This document shows, one piece after another, positions 1 through 11,550 of a DNA stretch of 32,954 nucleotides. Position 1 is the first letter of the stretch. Each line of letters opens with the position of its first letter. The notes under the pieces were generated by a model that saw only the letters and a list, made by a program, of their open reading frames with translations, did not search any database and was not told the DNA's origin. The stretch is from Octopus bimaculoides (Eukaryota), in NCBI RefSeq assembly GCF_001194135.2, contig NC_068992.1, positions 62,553,396 to 62,586,349 of the forward strand, written 5' to 3'. The translations under genes and the position numbers were made by a program.

Positions 1-58
<58 letters not shown>
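1..58. repeat. (AT)n microsatellite
   Basis: Near-perfect AT dinucleotide run at the window start. Confidence 0.97.
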
Positions 59-119
59 TTATATTTATATTTATATTTATATATGTATGTATGAAAACAC
101 ACATATGTATGTGTGTGAT

Positions 120-490
120 TATTGAGTTATATTTCAAGACTTCTTGCAAGTAGAGGAAGAGCCGGTTTCTAACCTGGATTCAAGGCACCTTCATTGGAAT
201 TTCGACAACATCAACAGTGTATTTTTGTATTTATGTATGTATGTGTGTATGTATGCGTGTATGTATCAGTGAGGGTCTGTATGTTTTGTTTTATGCATGT
301 GTTTTCATGCATATAGTTACATATCTAGACATGAACAGATATATTTAAATGATAAACTGGAAAGTTTTAGAGATTTTTACAGTTTAAGTAATGGTTTAGA
401 TCTGTAGTCTTCAAATCAGCTTTCTCCTTTTTGGTTTTGAGAAGCCTAATTGATATTTAGGCAGTGTGTTACATATCCCAGTACCCCAAA
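120..490 (-). mobile_element. Degenerate 3' end of an RLE-type (R2/R4-group) non-LTR retrotransposon: ORF C-terminus plus 3' UTR
   Basis: Minus strand ~490-345 reads FGVLGYVTHCLNIN/(frameshift)LGFSKPKRRKLI*RLQI*TIT*TVKISKTFQFII*. This follows the G-x-LG...LQ...T..I.K pattern typical of RLE-LINE C-termini, with decay stops. It is followed by a non-coding segment ending in a short AATAAT tail near 120. Confidence 0.55.
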
Positions 491-497
491 CGCCGTA

Positions 498-824
498 GCA
501 CTCCGTCGGTTACGACAACGAGGATGCCAGCTGATCTGATCAACAGAACAGTCTGTTCCTGAAATTAACGTGCAAGTGGCTGAGCACACCACAGGCAAGT
601 GTAGCGTTAGCGTGACACAGAGTGTGACAAGGCTGGCCCTTTGAAATACAGGTACAATAGAAACAGGAAGAAAGAGTGAGAGAAAGTTGTAGTGAAAGAG
701 TACAACATTGTTCGCCCCCCCCCCACTGCCGGAACCTCGTGGAGCATTCGGTGTTTTCGCTCAATAAACACTCACAACGTCCGGTCTGGGAATCGAAACC
801 GCGATCCTGGGCCATTGAGCCTCC
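498..824 (-). mobile_element. tRNA-derived SINE (family C), with a shortened head
   Basis: Minus strand begins GGAGGCTCAATGGCCCA directly joined to GGATCGCGGTTTCGATTCCCAGACCGG (B-box-like GTTTCGATTCC), followed by a GC-richer body ending ...GTAACCGACGGAGTGC. The head resembles that of the 12590-12820 SINE. Confidence 0.7.
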
Positions 825-839
825 ACAGTGCCCCAATTA

Positions 840-905
840 TGTTTGTATGTACGTATGTATGTATGTATGTATGTATGCATGCATGCATGTATGTATGTAT
901 GTATG
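840..905. repeat. (ATGT)n microsatellite
   Basis: Tetranucleotide run with a short (ATGC) interruption. Confidence 0.95.
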
Positions 906-1895
906 TATTGGTAAAAACATGAAGATTTTTCTTCCCTTTTTTTTTACCGTCTGCTATTTTTTCTTCTTTCATTTTCAATGTATACTTCCTATGACAGGCA
1001 ATAACTTTATATTTCGTAGCTTAACTATCCTATTTTGCCCCGCGGAGAATTCAGTCATATATTCATCTGAAATTTTCATCATTTCCTCAAATCTCTGTTC
1101 TATCTGAATGTTTTTCTTTTTCCGAAATGAAAGACTTGACTAGTATAACTTCCGGTCTATCTTGGTTCTATCTCAAATATATAAAAATAATTTATATTGA
1201 AAACAGAACTCCCTCTCTCAGTTTCACTAATAGAAAGTTCTTCATATACAAAACGCGTAAACATATTACAGTATTCATATTCAAAATTGAACATTCTGAG
1301 TGCAAAGATGTACACAGATATAGGAATATGTACACACACACACACACACGCGCGCGAGCGCACAAACATTGCTTTTCAGTATTACTTTAGGATAAGCGGC
1401 TGCAGTAGCATCAAAAATGAATTGAATAGTGTCACAAAAATCAACCCAAAGCCTTTAAAAGTTGAATTGATCATTGATAAGATATCGAACTGAATACAAG
1501 TGCATGATAGTTTATAACTAAGAAGATCAACCTGCAACTTAAGACAGTTTGAATTGTTTATTGAGCAGTGAGGTGAATTATAAAACTGCATGGTAGAGGA
1601 CCTGCCGATAATCTCGTGATAATCTCGTCATTGTATAATCTGCACATTTGAAAGGTCAAAAAATCGGGACGAAAATAGGCATACATATGTGTATTTGTTT
1701 GTTTATTAGTTTGTTTGTTTGTGTATGTGTGCGTGTGTATGTGTGTGTGTGTGTGTATGTATGAATGTCTATTCGTGTTAGTTCCGGTAAGATATATTAT
1801 GACTATTTTTAAAATGAATAATTTTCATACAAACTGATTCCCTTGTAAAAACACATTTCTTACATAATGAAATACATTTCCTACATTTCCACAAC

Positions 1896-1917
1896 ATTAT
1901 TATTGTTATTATTATCA

Positions 1918-1994
<77 letters not shown>
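1896..1994. repeat. (ATT)n microsatellite directly 5' of a SINE
   Basis: Trinucleotide run abutting the SINE head at 1995. Confidence 0.97.
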
Positions 1995-2210
1995 GAAGGC
2001 GACGAGCTGGTAGAATCGTTAGCACGCTGGGCAGAGTGCTTTGCGATATTTCGCCCGTCTTTCCGTTCTGAGTTCAAATTCCGTAGAGGTGGACTTTGCC
2101 TTTGATCATTTTGGGGGTCGATGAAATAAGTACCAGTGGAGCTCTGGTGTTGACATAATATAATAACTATCCTCACCTAAATTTGAGGCCCTGTGCCTAT
2201 TGTAGAGAGG
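1995..2210 (+). mobile_element. tRNA-derived SINE (family A) with (ATT)n tail
   Basis: A-box-like GAGCTGGTAGAATCGTTAG, B-box-like GAGTTCAAATTCC, core GACTTTGCCTTTGATC...GGTCGATGAAATAAGTACCAG. Collinear with copies at 8237 and 15419; ATT-rich tail 2211-2258. Confidence 0.85.
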
Positions 2211-2520
2211 ATTATTGTTGTTGTTATTATCATTATTATTATTATTATAATTATTATTAACTGTATGTGTGTGTATGCATAACACGCATGCGCGTGTTTG
2301 TGTACCAATCCTTCAAAGCCTGAATACATAATATGAAAAACGAAAATCATCGCTTCATCACTGATTTCAAAAAGGAGAGCCATATTGAATATGATTTAAA
2401 GAAATCGAAAATATTTAATAAGCTCTGATGCCGCATAAGTTTTCACACTTTGATTACACATTAAAATCACTTCATCGATTTGATATATTGATTCTTGATC
2501 ACAGATCAGACACATTCTGT

Positions 2521-2561
2521 TTATGCCTTCTTTATTTCTGCGGTGAATTTCATCATTAGCT
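2521..2561 (-). CDS. Candidate terminal coding exon of a PH-domain-like protein: (E)LMMKFTAEIKKA*
   Basis: Strong acceptor TTTTTGTTTTTTCATTTGGCAG at 2562. The phase-1 reading joins the 2713-2748 exon across a 151-nt GT-AG intron and fits the register of a PH C-terminal helix (Phe at the usual Trp position). Hand-spliced, unverified. Confidence 0.45.
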
Positions 2562-2712
2562 CTGCCAAATGAAAAAACAAAAATACGATTTTTATTTGTT
2601 TGAAATTCGGAAACAATGTTAAAATATTGGCACGGTTAAAACCTTTGGATGTAGAGAAACAAAAATCATTAGGTTATTGTCAATGGAGTCAAGTAAAAAT
2701 ATAATTATTTAC

Positions 2713-2748
2713 CTTGCGTTCGTGCTATAAAAGTAACTTTACGTTCGG
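2713..2748 (-). CDS. Candidate 36-nt coding exon: (A)[13 protein letters not shown] beta7-like
   Basis: Acceptor TTTTGGCAG (no other AG on this strand for about 170 nt upstream), donor AAG|GTAAAT, open in phase 1 to 1. Confidence 0.45.
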
Positions 2749-2819
2749 CTGCCAAAATTTCATAGACATTATTCAATCAGACATCAAACACGTTTTGATG
2801 ATATATACACAAATGCATC

Positions 2820-2843
2820 AATATATATATATATGCGTATATG

Positions 2844-2920
<77 letters not shown>

Positions 2921-3000
2921 TTAGACATACACATATATATATAAACACATACACACACACACATTTATATGTGTTGATATATACATATACGCATATATAT
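2820..3000. repeat. (AT)n/(AC)n compound microsatellite
   Basis: Long AT run with flanking ATGT/AC degenerate units. Confidence 0.95.
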
Positions 3001-3254
3001 ATTGAATACTATTCATAAGCTTAACCTAAAACGTTAGTATTTTTCTCTGCCCCAAATTATTGAAGCTGAATTAATGAAAAGGGGCGAAAATTAATTATCC
3101 CTAAATTATCCTAAATTAACACATGTATGCTGACGTAACATGTAAAAATGTGTCTGCCAAAGAGTAGTTCGCAAGCGCGACAGATGTATTTCAGTTTATC
3201 ATTGTATAATGTATTGACCAGACCGTGGGATATTGTGATACATCACTGATCAAA

Positions 3255-3415
3255 ATTCCCTTCGTTCTAATCCGTCGCTGCGTTACTCATTTAGAGATGG
3301 GTGGTCTGGGGAAACGAAGTGTATTGCTCAAAGATACCACACACTGCTACTCTGAGAATCGAATCCATGATCTCGCAATCGTGAGTGCAACATCCTGACA
3401 AGACCAGACGCATTC
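3255..3415 (-). mobile_element. Degenerate tRNA-derived SINE (family B)
   Basis: Collinear similarity to 12590-12820: TCCGTCGC..G.TTACTCA, GAAGTG..TTGCTCAA, GAATCGAA.CCA..ATCT..CGATC.TGA. Confidence 0.6.
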
Positions 3416-3772
3416 AGATATGTTTTTAATACTTTCCCTTACGTACTTTAAGGTCTTTTAGATTATTACTTCCCTTACTCTGTAGAAGCCACTAAAATTG
3501 TAATAAAAATAAATGCTCTGTGAAGAAAGAAAAATGGATTCTTCCAGTGTTTGCATATTACATGGAGAGCAAACATATCCTTTTGTTTATATTTACAAAG
3601 TTTACACTGTATTTAGTTTTTTGACGCTTTCATCGAATTTTATACACAAGGATACAGTCTGGTTAATGGAGAAAGAACCCTATACCAAGGTTTATACACT
3701 GTATCACATTCAATAAACATCTTTACGTCTCAATATCCACATTGTTGTGCGTAGTGTCTGGCTATCGCTCAC

Positions 3773-3865
3773 CTATTCCTTGCAATTTTGATTTATGTTG
3801 AGATTGACACCTCACATTAGCGATTGCATCGTTTGAAATTGACATTTGCCCATTTAAAGAATAAC
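3773..3865 (-). CDS. Candidate 93-nt coding exon: (G)YSLNGQMSISNDAIANVRCQSQHKSKLQGI, PH beta4-beta6-like
   Basis: Donor TAG|GTGAGC and an upstream polypyrimidine tract TCTCTTCTCCCTTTTCTCCTTTC (about 15 nt from the AG). Only the phase 1 to 1 frame is open, and it is compatible with the downstream exons. Confidence 0.45.
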
Positions 3866-4695
3866 CTTCATGGTAATAGTTTGAAAGGAGAAAAGGGAGA
3901 AGAGATTTACTGAGGCAGCATTAATTTACTTGTCTAAACAATATTTCGATGCGTCGTACGAATGGAGGTAACCCACTGACTTACTGAGTGACACCAAATA
4001 TATGACATGACCCATATCTCTGTCGGACACACACATACTCGTATTGTTAAGAAATATGCTCAAACATGAATTTGGATTCAAAGCAGAAACGTTATGCCTT
4101 AATCAGTCCTTTTCTAACACAGACTTACGTCAAATCTAACATTATAAGAGGATATGGATTCTAGGTAATTAAAAAAAAAACATCCTTCTCATAAATTGAA
4201 CACCTGAATTAAAAAACAAAACCACTCATCGCAGACTTGTCTTTAGGATATGTATGGTTATTGAAAGTCCGATGTCCCGACTGTTCCAATATTAATTAGA
4301 CGGTCATAAAATGCAATATAACATACATTGTTTGAACTACAAAATGTCGCAATAGAACAGGGCAGAGAGAAATAACATCTACTCATTAATCGCCGCTAGT
4401 TTTGACAAAGAAATGGAAATAATATCGAATATAAGCACATTATAATTTAGATTGAGAAAACTATACCCAATGCCTCTAACCTGTTGTCAAGAATTAACAA
4501 CCAAAATTCTAGATCATGCTTCCTAATGAGACGTTAGATTAACGGCATTTTTCTAATTCTCTTAGGTTTCTAAAAAATCCAGTCTTCTGACATATGCAAA
4601 TGCATACATCAATGTATACATGGAAAGATACGTATATAATTTGCTAGTTATACCCATACATAACTATCTATATATCTCCCCCTCCTGCTCTCCCT

Positions 4696-4697
<2 letters not shown>

Positions 4698-4778
<81 letters not shown>

Positions 4779-4800
4779 TAGATAGATAGATAGATAGATT
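4698..4800. repeat. Compound (AT)n-(AG)n-(GATA)n microsatellite
   Basis: Three abutting simple repeat units. Confidence 0.96.
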
Positions 4801-5248
4801 GATTGAAGAAGGAATGTTGTATACATTAATTCTTCATCTATTGGCTTCAATCCATTTTAAGCATGTGCTGCAACTGTAAATCCTCAACATGTGTATATTA
4901 TTTAAAATCATCTACAATATGTTTTGGAGCATGGTTAATCCTACCAAAATGGAGGTTAAAATACCGGATTGACAGATTTCGTGATTAAGTTTAATAGGAA
5001 ATTTAACATCTCTTCCCAACATTAAAAATATAAAATAGTATTTCTGTAGATTGTGCTGTTCAATAGTAAATCCTCAATTTGATGTGTTCTTTGGATGTAA
5101 TGCCATACAAGAGGCAGCACTTCAAAAGAAATAAAAATTCAAAAGATGGCAGCTGTGAAAATTCCCAGTTTGTCATAGTTTAGGCACTGCATTACTCTAC
5201 AAATCTTAACCGAGTCTTATTATTTTTTCATTGCATGCATACATAAGT

Positions 5249-5294
<46 letters not shown>

Positions 5295-5629
5295 CTTTTG
5301 TCGTAAAGAAATACATACAAGTATACATATATGTTTGTAGATATATATGTACTTATAGCTCAATATATACCTACATACATACGTACACACACACAAACAC
5401 ACACATATATATATATACACATATGTGTGTATGTGTGTGTGTATGCGTGCCTGTGCTGATTGTGGAGCTACTTCGTATTTTAAATATATTATATCTTTAG
5501 AATATATGTTTTAAGGGAATCATCGTACATATGTATGGAACTGTCACCGTTGCAGTGATGTGGATGAGAGCGGCAATAATGACGATGTTGACGCTATGTT
5601 GATAATGCTGGTGATGGCGATGATGTTGT

Positions 5630-5641
5630 GGATAATAAATG

Positions 5642-5727
<86 letters not shown>

Positions 5728-5870
5728 AATAGCAATAAAATTNNNNNNNNNNNNNNNNNNNNNNNNNNNNNNNNNNNNNNNNNNNNNNNNNNNNNNNNNN
5801 NNNNNNNNNNNNNNNNNNNNNNNNNNNNNNNNNNNNNNNNNNNNNNNNNNNNNNNNNNNNNNNNNNNNNN

Positions 5871-5940
<70 letters not shown>
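5630..5940. repeat. (AAT)n(GAT)n and (AC)n(AT)n arrays flanking assembly gap 5743-5870
   Basis: Simple repeats on both sides of a 128-N gap. Confidence 0.95.
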
Positions 5941-5943
<3 letters not shown>

Positions 5944-6297
5944 CGCGTGTATGTGTGTGTGTATGTATGTATGTATGTAAAGTCATTTCAATAATGGATT
6001 TAGAGCGACGGTGTAAATTACTTATTGAAGAACAATAAATAACAATAATGAAACAAATATATTTCGTTAACCAAACTGTTTGTAAATATCTCCTCCCTTT
6101 AAATAGAATGGTTATTAGCTTACAATCTTCGTAAACTTACCGTGGGGAAATATTCTAAACAGCGATTCAGAGAGCTACGGCAATCCAACGGAAAGCAATG
6201 TTGGTGACTCCAAATGCTTGTTTGGCAAGCTAGAAATAATGACCGAATCGCATATCATATTTTATTGATCCTGCAGCAGATAGAACAGAAATCTTAC

Positions 6298-6361
6298 CAG
6301 TGTACGTCTCGAGTTCAGAACTTTCATTTCGGAACACACACCACAAGGCAGTTTTCATTAT
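6298..6361 (-). CDS. Candidate 64-nt coding exon: IMKTALWCVFRNESSELETYT, PH beta2-beta3-like
   Basis: Strong donor CTG|GTAAGA; weak acceptor (TTAAAG, the first AG after a pyrimidine tract). Phase 0 to 1, compatible with the 3773-3865 exon. WCV.RN..EL..Y resembles the PH beta2/beta3 pattern. Confidence 0.3.
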
Positions 6362-6764
6362 CTTTAACAATTTTGCCGGTTCGCGTTATGGAGATTTGGT
6401 GCAGAAAGGAAAATGTACAAATTGAAATGGTTGACACCTTTTACGCTTAACGATTGACTTGAAAGGAAATATTTGCAATCTAAAGTCATAGGTGAGACAG
6501 TGGTTTCTGTTTATCATGTTATAGTATAAACTAAACTAAATAATACACAACTGATTTATTGGAAATGCAATTTAAAATATATTCCTACAAAAAACAATAG
6601 AATACTTTAACTCTCCGGAAGTATTAGCCTTGAAATGATCGCTCGACTCTAGAGACGACACCAGCTAAATAGACGTCAACCTCTATGATGTCACCTTTCA
6701 AAAGACAAAGATACCTTCAATAACACTGTCATAAGATATAGGGTTTTAAAATAAAAAGCTCGGT

Positions 6765-6950
6765 GTGTGATTGCTTGACCTGCTAGAAATAACAGCGCAT
6801 TTACCGTAAACTACATTATACAATCTTTTAAAACGGACGGACACATTATTTGATAATTTTGCAGGAGATATGGTCTAAAATTCAGAATTCTTTGATTGTT
6901 TGCTTGGCCTGTTGGAATTAACAGCTAAATTTCTTTGAAATTACAGAATA
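6765..6950. repeat. Unclassified dispersed repeat with an internally duplicated motif
   Basis: GATTGCTTGACCTGCTAGAAATAACAGC (~6770) recurs as GCTTGGCCTGTTGGAATTAACAGC (~6900); a related TGCTAGATGTAGCCGCCAAAT lies at ~10370. Confidence 0.4.
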
Positions 6951-8236
6951 AAAACTTTTTTAAATGAAAGTTATTTAGAATTGTGTTCTTCGACTTCGGA
7001 ATTCCATTTTCTAAAATCTAAGGCGAGATTGTCATGGTTGGAATATTTCCGATCCCAAGTCAATATGATCTGCATAAATATATTGCTGTACGAAGGAAAT
7101 ATTGGAAATAAATAAAAAAAACAAATAAGCGACAAAGAATAAAAATTAGAAATATGAAAAATCGTCACCTACTCGGAAAAATTTATTTTTCATATTTGAC
7201 AAATATTTTCGGAATTTCTAAACTGAAAAGCAATCCAAATGTCAACAAGTATTCGTTTTAAATATACTGTAGAATGAAAAAAAAATGACGACGGATTTTT
7301 GTTAAAAGTAAACATTCCTGACAACAGAATTACATCGGTAGATCTCTCTGTGCGTGTATATGTGTGTGTGTGTTTGTGTGTGTGTTTGCTTAATATGTTA
7401 TATATAATTCATATTATATATAAATATGCATTTATACATATATACATGTATTTGTAAATATGTAAATATATATGTATATATCCATATAATGGGTGCTTGC
7501 ATATGTCTTAATGTATTTGTGCGTATGTGCGTGCGTGCGTGCGTGCGTGCGTCTGTGTGTGTGTGTGTATGCGCGCGCGCGCGTGTACGTATATCCAGAT
7601 ATGTCAGTAATTCCAAAGCGAAGAGCATTTGGTTTGGTGAAAAGGCATTAGCTAAGACAAAATAGAAAATAACGTTAGTCATCACCTGCCTTATAGAATA
7701 AAAATCTGGACGTAAATTCAGTTTGGCGTATATAGCCACAACGAGTGAAAGCATTTTTATAAATCAATTTAAGAAGAATGTAAATATAAATTTATAAGTT
7801 AAAATACATAAATATAATTCATAAATGTAAATATATAAATATATACATAACTATATAATTCTCGACGGGCACATAACTCATATTTAGAAGATAAACACAA
7901 CAAACCTAAGACGCAGAGGACTAAAAAAATACAAGCTTAAAACTAGCCAATACTAAAAGTTTGGTAGATAATCAAGTGAAGCGAATTTTGCGAGTGGGAG
8001 GCAGAGTAAAAATCTATTAAACGGAAATACATTGGTTAAACGCAAAGACATCAATAAAATATGAAACCCTGACAACATATTTGAATGTAAGGAATCAAAG
8101 TTTAGTATATTTTATAGCAATAATGTGGAATTATTTAGTAGATTAACGAACAAAATTGTTCGACGCACACAGTATTTATAAAATACATTACTTTGCTATA
8201 GAGTTGCGTCCGCTGTATTATCAGTAATATATTTAG

Positions 8237-8423
8237 GGCAGCGAGCTGGCAGAATCGTTAGCGCGCCGGGCGAAATGCTCAGCGGTATTTCGTCTGCCGT
8301 TACGTTCTGAGTTCAAATTCCGCGGAGTTCGACTTTGCTTTTCATCATTCGGGAACGATTAAATAAGTACCAATTACGAACTGGAGTCGATGTAATCAAC
8401 TTAATCCCTCTGTCTGTCCTTGT
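8237..8423 (+). mobile_element. tRNA-derived SINE (family A)
   Basis: GCGAGCTGGCAGAATCGTTAG...GAAATGCTCAGCGG...GTTCTGAGTTCAAATTCCG...GACTTTGCTTTTCATC...AATAAGTACCA; collinear with the 1995 and 15419 copies. Confidence 0.85.
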
Positions 8424-10022
8424 ACATCAACTCTATGTTTACCATGTGGGTTATATTGAAATGAATATCAGTAATATATTTAACGTATGTATTGCTGAAC
8501 TTTTAACGATCTATGAAAACAAAGAAGCAAAAAGAAAAGAAAAGCGGACATAAACCGTAAATGATCTTCATTTCTAAGAAATATTTCTTTATGCAAAATA
8601 TCTAACTTCATTTTGTTTATTTGTTTCGTGGACATTCATGCTGACGATTTCGAATAAGAATGAAATCGAGCTATGTATGATTATCTGTGTTAAGAAAACA
8701 GATTCTGATTTGTTAATAGAAAAGAAAAAAAGGAACGTCTGGCGTTTTAGCAGAAAAGACTAGGTACGTTTGTGCTTTCAATGATGTATTTTTGAGGTTA
8801 TTGTATATTAAAATTTAAAATTAGGGGATAAACTTTCCTTGTACACGAGTCAGGCTGATAACCTCTCCGAATATTTGTAAGTCAGTCTTAGTAGAAAAAG
8901 TGAGAGAGAGAGGATGGAATCCATGTCCGTTTTTGGAAGGAAGGAAAAGATCTTAGTGAACTTCTGTGACATTAAAACCACTGAAAAGCAAGGAAAAAAC
9001 AGGGACCGGTAGAGTAGAGGTTTGGTTGATCTTTCAGAAGAGCGGAATCTTAGCAAATAGCTAAATGAGGGCAGCAGGAGTCTAGATCTTGTGGTTTTAG
9101 TGTACCAAAGAATGAGAACATTAGTTTCCTTTTGAATAAACACTAGGACATTTCTGTATGTAAACCACTTCCTTAAAGATCCGGTATGAAATTAAATGCA
9201 ATGGAAGTCACCATATTGCATAACAAAATTCAGAAATTCAAGAGTTTATTTAAAAGAGAAAAAAATATTTAAGCCACTGATAAACGAGCGTGAATTATAG
9301 CTTCATGAAGAGACAGCGGTTAAAAGCAATGATTAAACGGGAGAAAAAATCATTATGCAGAAGAAGATAATTTTAACTTTACATGAAATTTTAATGCCTT
9401 CTTCACCTCCTTACTACAATCAGCATCGATCTGTATTGTAACTATGTAAATATAATATTCAAATCTATATACAATCACACACGCAAACACCCCCCCCCCC
9501 ACATACACACACACTCGCACATAGAAGCTTGCCCATACATACAAAAACAATTTGAGGGATAATAATTTTACAGAAATTTATTAAACAAAATCAACTGAGA
9601 GAGAGTTTTCATTTTCTAATGAATAGCCTTACTTGTAATACCTATAATGTATCTAAATATATGCGTATAACACTAAAACGCATTCACATCAAATCTGATT
9701 GCATAGAATTCAAATTTGATGGCAAAGAATCCAAACTAGATCGAAAACACACTCATATATATATGTATATATCAATAGTTGACGTTGCAATGGTGAACCG
9801 GATTTTCTCTCTTTATCACTCTGTCTTTCTTTCCTTTCTATCTCTTTCTTCTCCCCACTATCTCTCTCTCTCTCTCTCTCAACATGACTCTAACAAAATG
9901 ATAATTATCTATTTTAGCAGCATGTTTATTTTATTCTCTTTCATTATGTCTGTACTCTGCAACGCGATTCATTCTTTCCTTCATCTGCACATATTTGTGT
10001 TTGCATACATATACACACATAA

Positions 10023-10067
<45 letters not shown>

Positions 10068-10504
10068 TATGTATGCACTATAATGCATGCTTCATCGTCT
10101 ACTGGGTTTCATGTTTTCTTTCTGAACTGCATTCTCGATTCGGGAATCAGCATAATAATTTATATTGATTTTGAGAGATAAGTAATTTCTCAGATAATTG
10201 CTTTGATTACTATCTAGAATTAGAGCGGTAAAGTAGCACATAGGCTTGTATTGAATAACATATATCTTATTTTATTAAGATTCGTTCATTTCAAATATTC
10301 TAGTTCAGTATCTATAACTGTTGAAGGATCCTCGACTGAACCAGACAGCCTATATACAATCCCTAGAATTGCTAGATGTAGCCGCCAAATAGTTTCCAAA
10401 CTGCCTTATTGTGATGTTACACGGTTACTATGGGCAATAGTATACGAAAAGATTGTTGATAAAATATGAATGATTTTTTTAATATTTTACTTGTCATTGT
10501 TCTG

Positions 10505-10660
10505 CGGTTACGTTGGGATTTCACCTTGCAGTGTTTTAAGCCGAACGAATTGACCCAGTAGTTTTTTTATCTGTCGGTCTCTGTGTGCGAACCGTTCATT
10601 TACGCGGATGTAAACAATGCAACACCGGTTGTCGAGCGGTGTTGAGTGAGAAACACAAAC
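10505..10660 (-). mobile_element. SINE-like fragment (family D)
   Basis: Shares AATTGACC, CTGTC..TCT and GTAAACA..CAACACC motifs, in the same order, with 12355-12520. Confidence 0.45.
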
Positions 10661-10744
10661 ACGAAAACACATAGATATATATGTATATATATATTCATGT
10701 ATGCATACACATATATATACATATATATGCATATATATATGCAC

Positions 10745-11517
10745 NNNNNNNNNNNNNNNNNNNNNNNNNNNNNNNNNNNNNNNNNNNNNNNNNNNNNNNN
10801 NNNNNNNNNNNNNNNNNNNNNNNNNNNNNNNNNNNNNNNNNNNNNNNNNNNNNNNNNNNNNNNNNNNNNNNNNNNNNNNNNNNNNNNNNNNNNNNNNNNN
10901 NNNNNNNNNNNNNNNNNNNNNNNNNNNNNNNNNNNNNNNNNNNNNNNNNNNNNNNNNNNNNNNNNNNNNNNNNNNNNNNNNNNNNNNNNNNNNNNNNNNN
11001 NNNNNNNNNNNNNNNNNNNNNNNNNNNNNNNNNNNNNNNNNNNNNNNNNNNNNNNNNNNNNNNNNNNNNNNNNNNNNNNNNNNNNNNNNNNNNNNNNNNN
11101 NNNNNNNNNNNNNNNNNNNNNNNNNNNNNNNNNNNNNNNNNNNNNNNNNNNNNNNNNNNNNNNNNNNNNNNNNNNNNNNNNNNNNNNNNNNNNNNNNNNN
11201 NNNNNNNNNNNNNNNNNNNNNNNNNNNNNNNNNNNNNNNNNNNNNNNNNNNNNNNNNNNNNNNNNNNNNNNNNNNNNNNNNNNNNNNNNNNNNNNNNNNN
11301 NNNNNNNNNNNNNNNNNNNNNNNNNNNNNNNNNNNNNNNNNNNNNNNNNNNNNNNNNNNNNNNNNNNNNNNNNNNNNNNNNNNNNNNNNNNNNNNNNNNN
11401 NNNNNNNNNNNNNNNNNNNNNNNNNNNNNNNNNNNNNNNNNNNNNNNNNNNNNNNNNNNNNNNNNNNNNNNNNNNNNNNNNNNNNNNNNNNNNNNNNNNN
11501 NNNNNNNNNNNNNNNNN
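10745..11517. other. Assembly gap (773 N)
   Basis: N run flanked by AT-rich simple repeats. Confidence 1.

Positions 11518-11550
<33 letters not shown>

Noticed and set aside
975-1140. Minus-strand 54-codon open frame (…IEQRFEEMMKISDEYMTEF…)
   Set aside because: No convincing acceptor and no recognisable motif; could be chance or decayed repeat.
2396-2561. Alternative phase-2 reading from the same acceptor (54 aa ANDEIHRRNKEGINRMCLIC...KTYAASELIKYFRFL*), which can be joined to a 39-nt exon near 3479-3517 to mimic a signal peptide
   Set aside because: MCLIC and TYAASE superficially recall FYVE/FGD-PH or CHH-family peptides, but the required RRHHCR motif and later cysteines are missing. The phase-1 reading fits a domain pattern across junctions better. 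Not fully excluded.
2749-2790. In-frame extension LNNVYEILA upstream of the 36-nt exon resembles PH beta6
   Set aside because: It is preceded by an in-frame TGA and there is no upstream AG acceptor, so it is treated as intron.
6243-6425. Plus-strand open frame ...ILPVYVSSSELSFRNTHHKAVFIIFNNF..., faintly like the start of an MSP domain
   Set aside because: The similarity stops after about 25 residues, there is no good donor, and it is antisense to the better-supported minus-strand exon.
7150-7197. 13-bp inverted repeat with a 22-nt loop; also the palindrome at ~21348-21366
   Set aside because: Almost entirely A/T, so expected by chance at this base composition.
8850-9143. 97-aa ORF containing WYTKTT, reminiscent of Penelope-like WYxKPT
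   Set aside because: A single short motif with no supporting neighbouring motifs.
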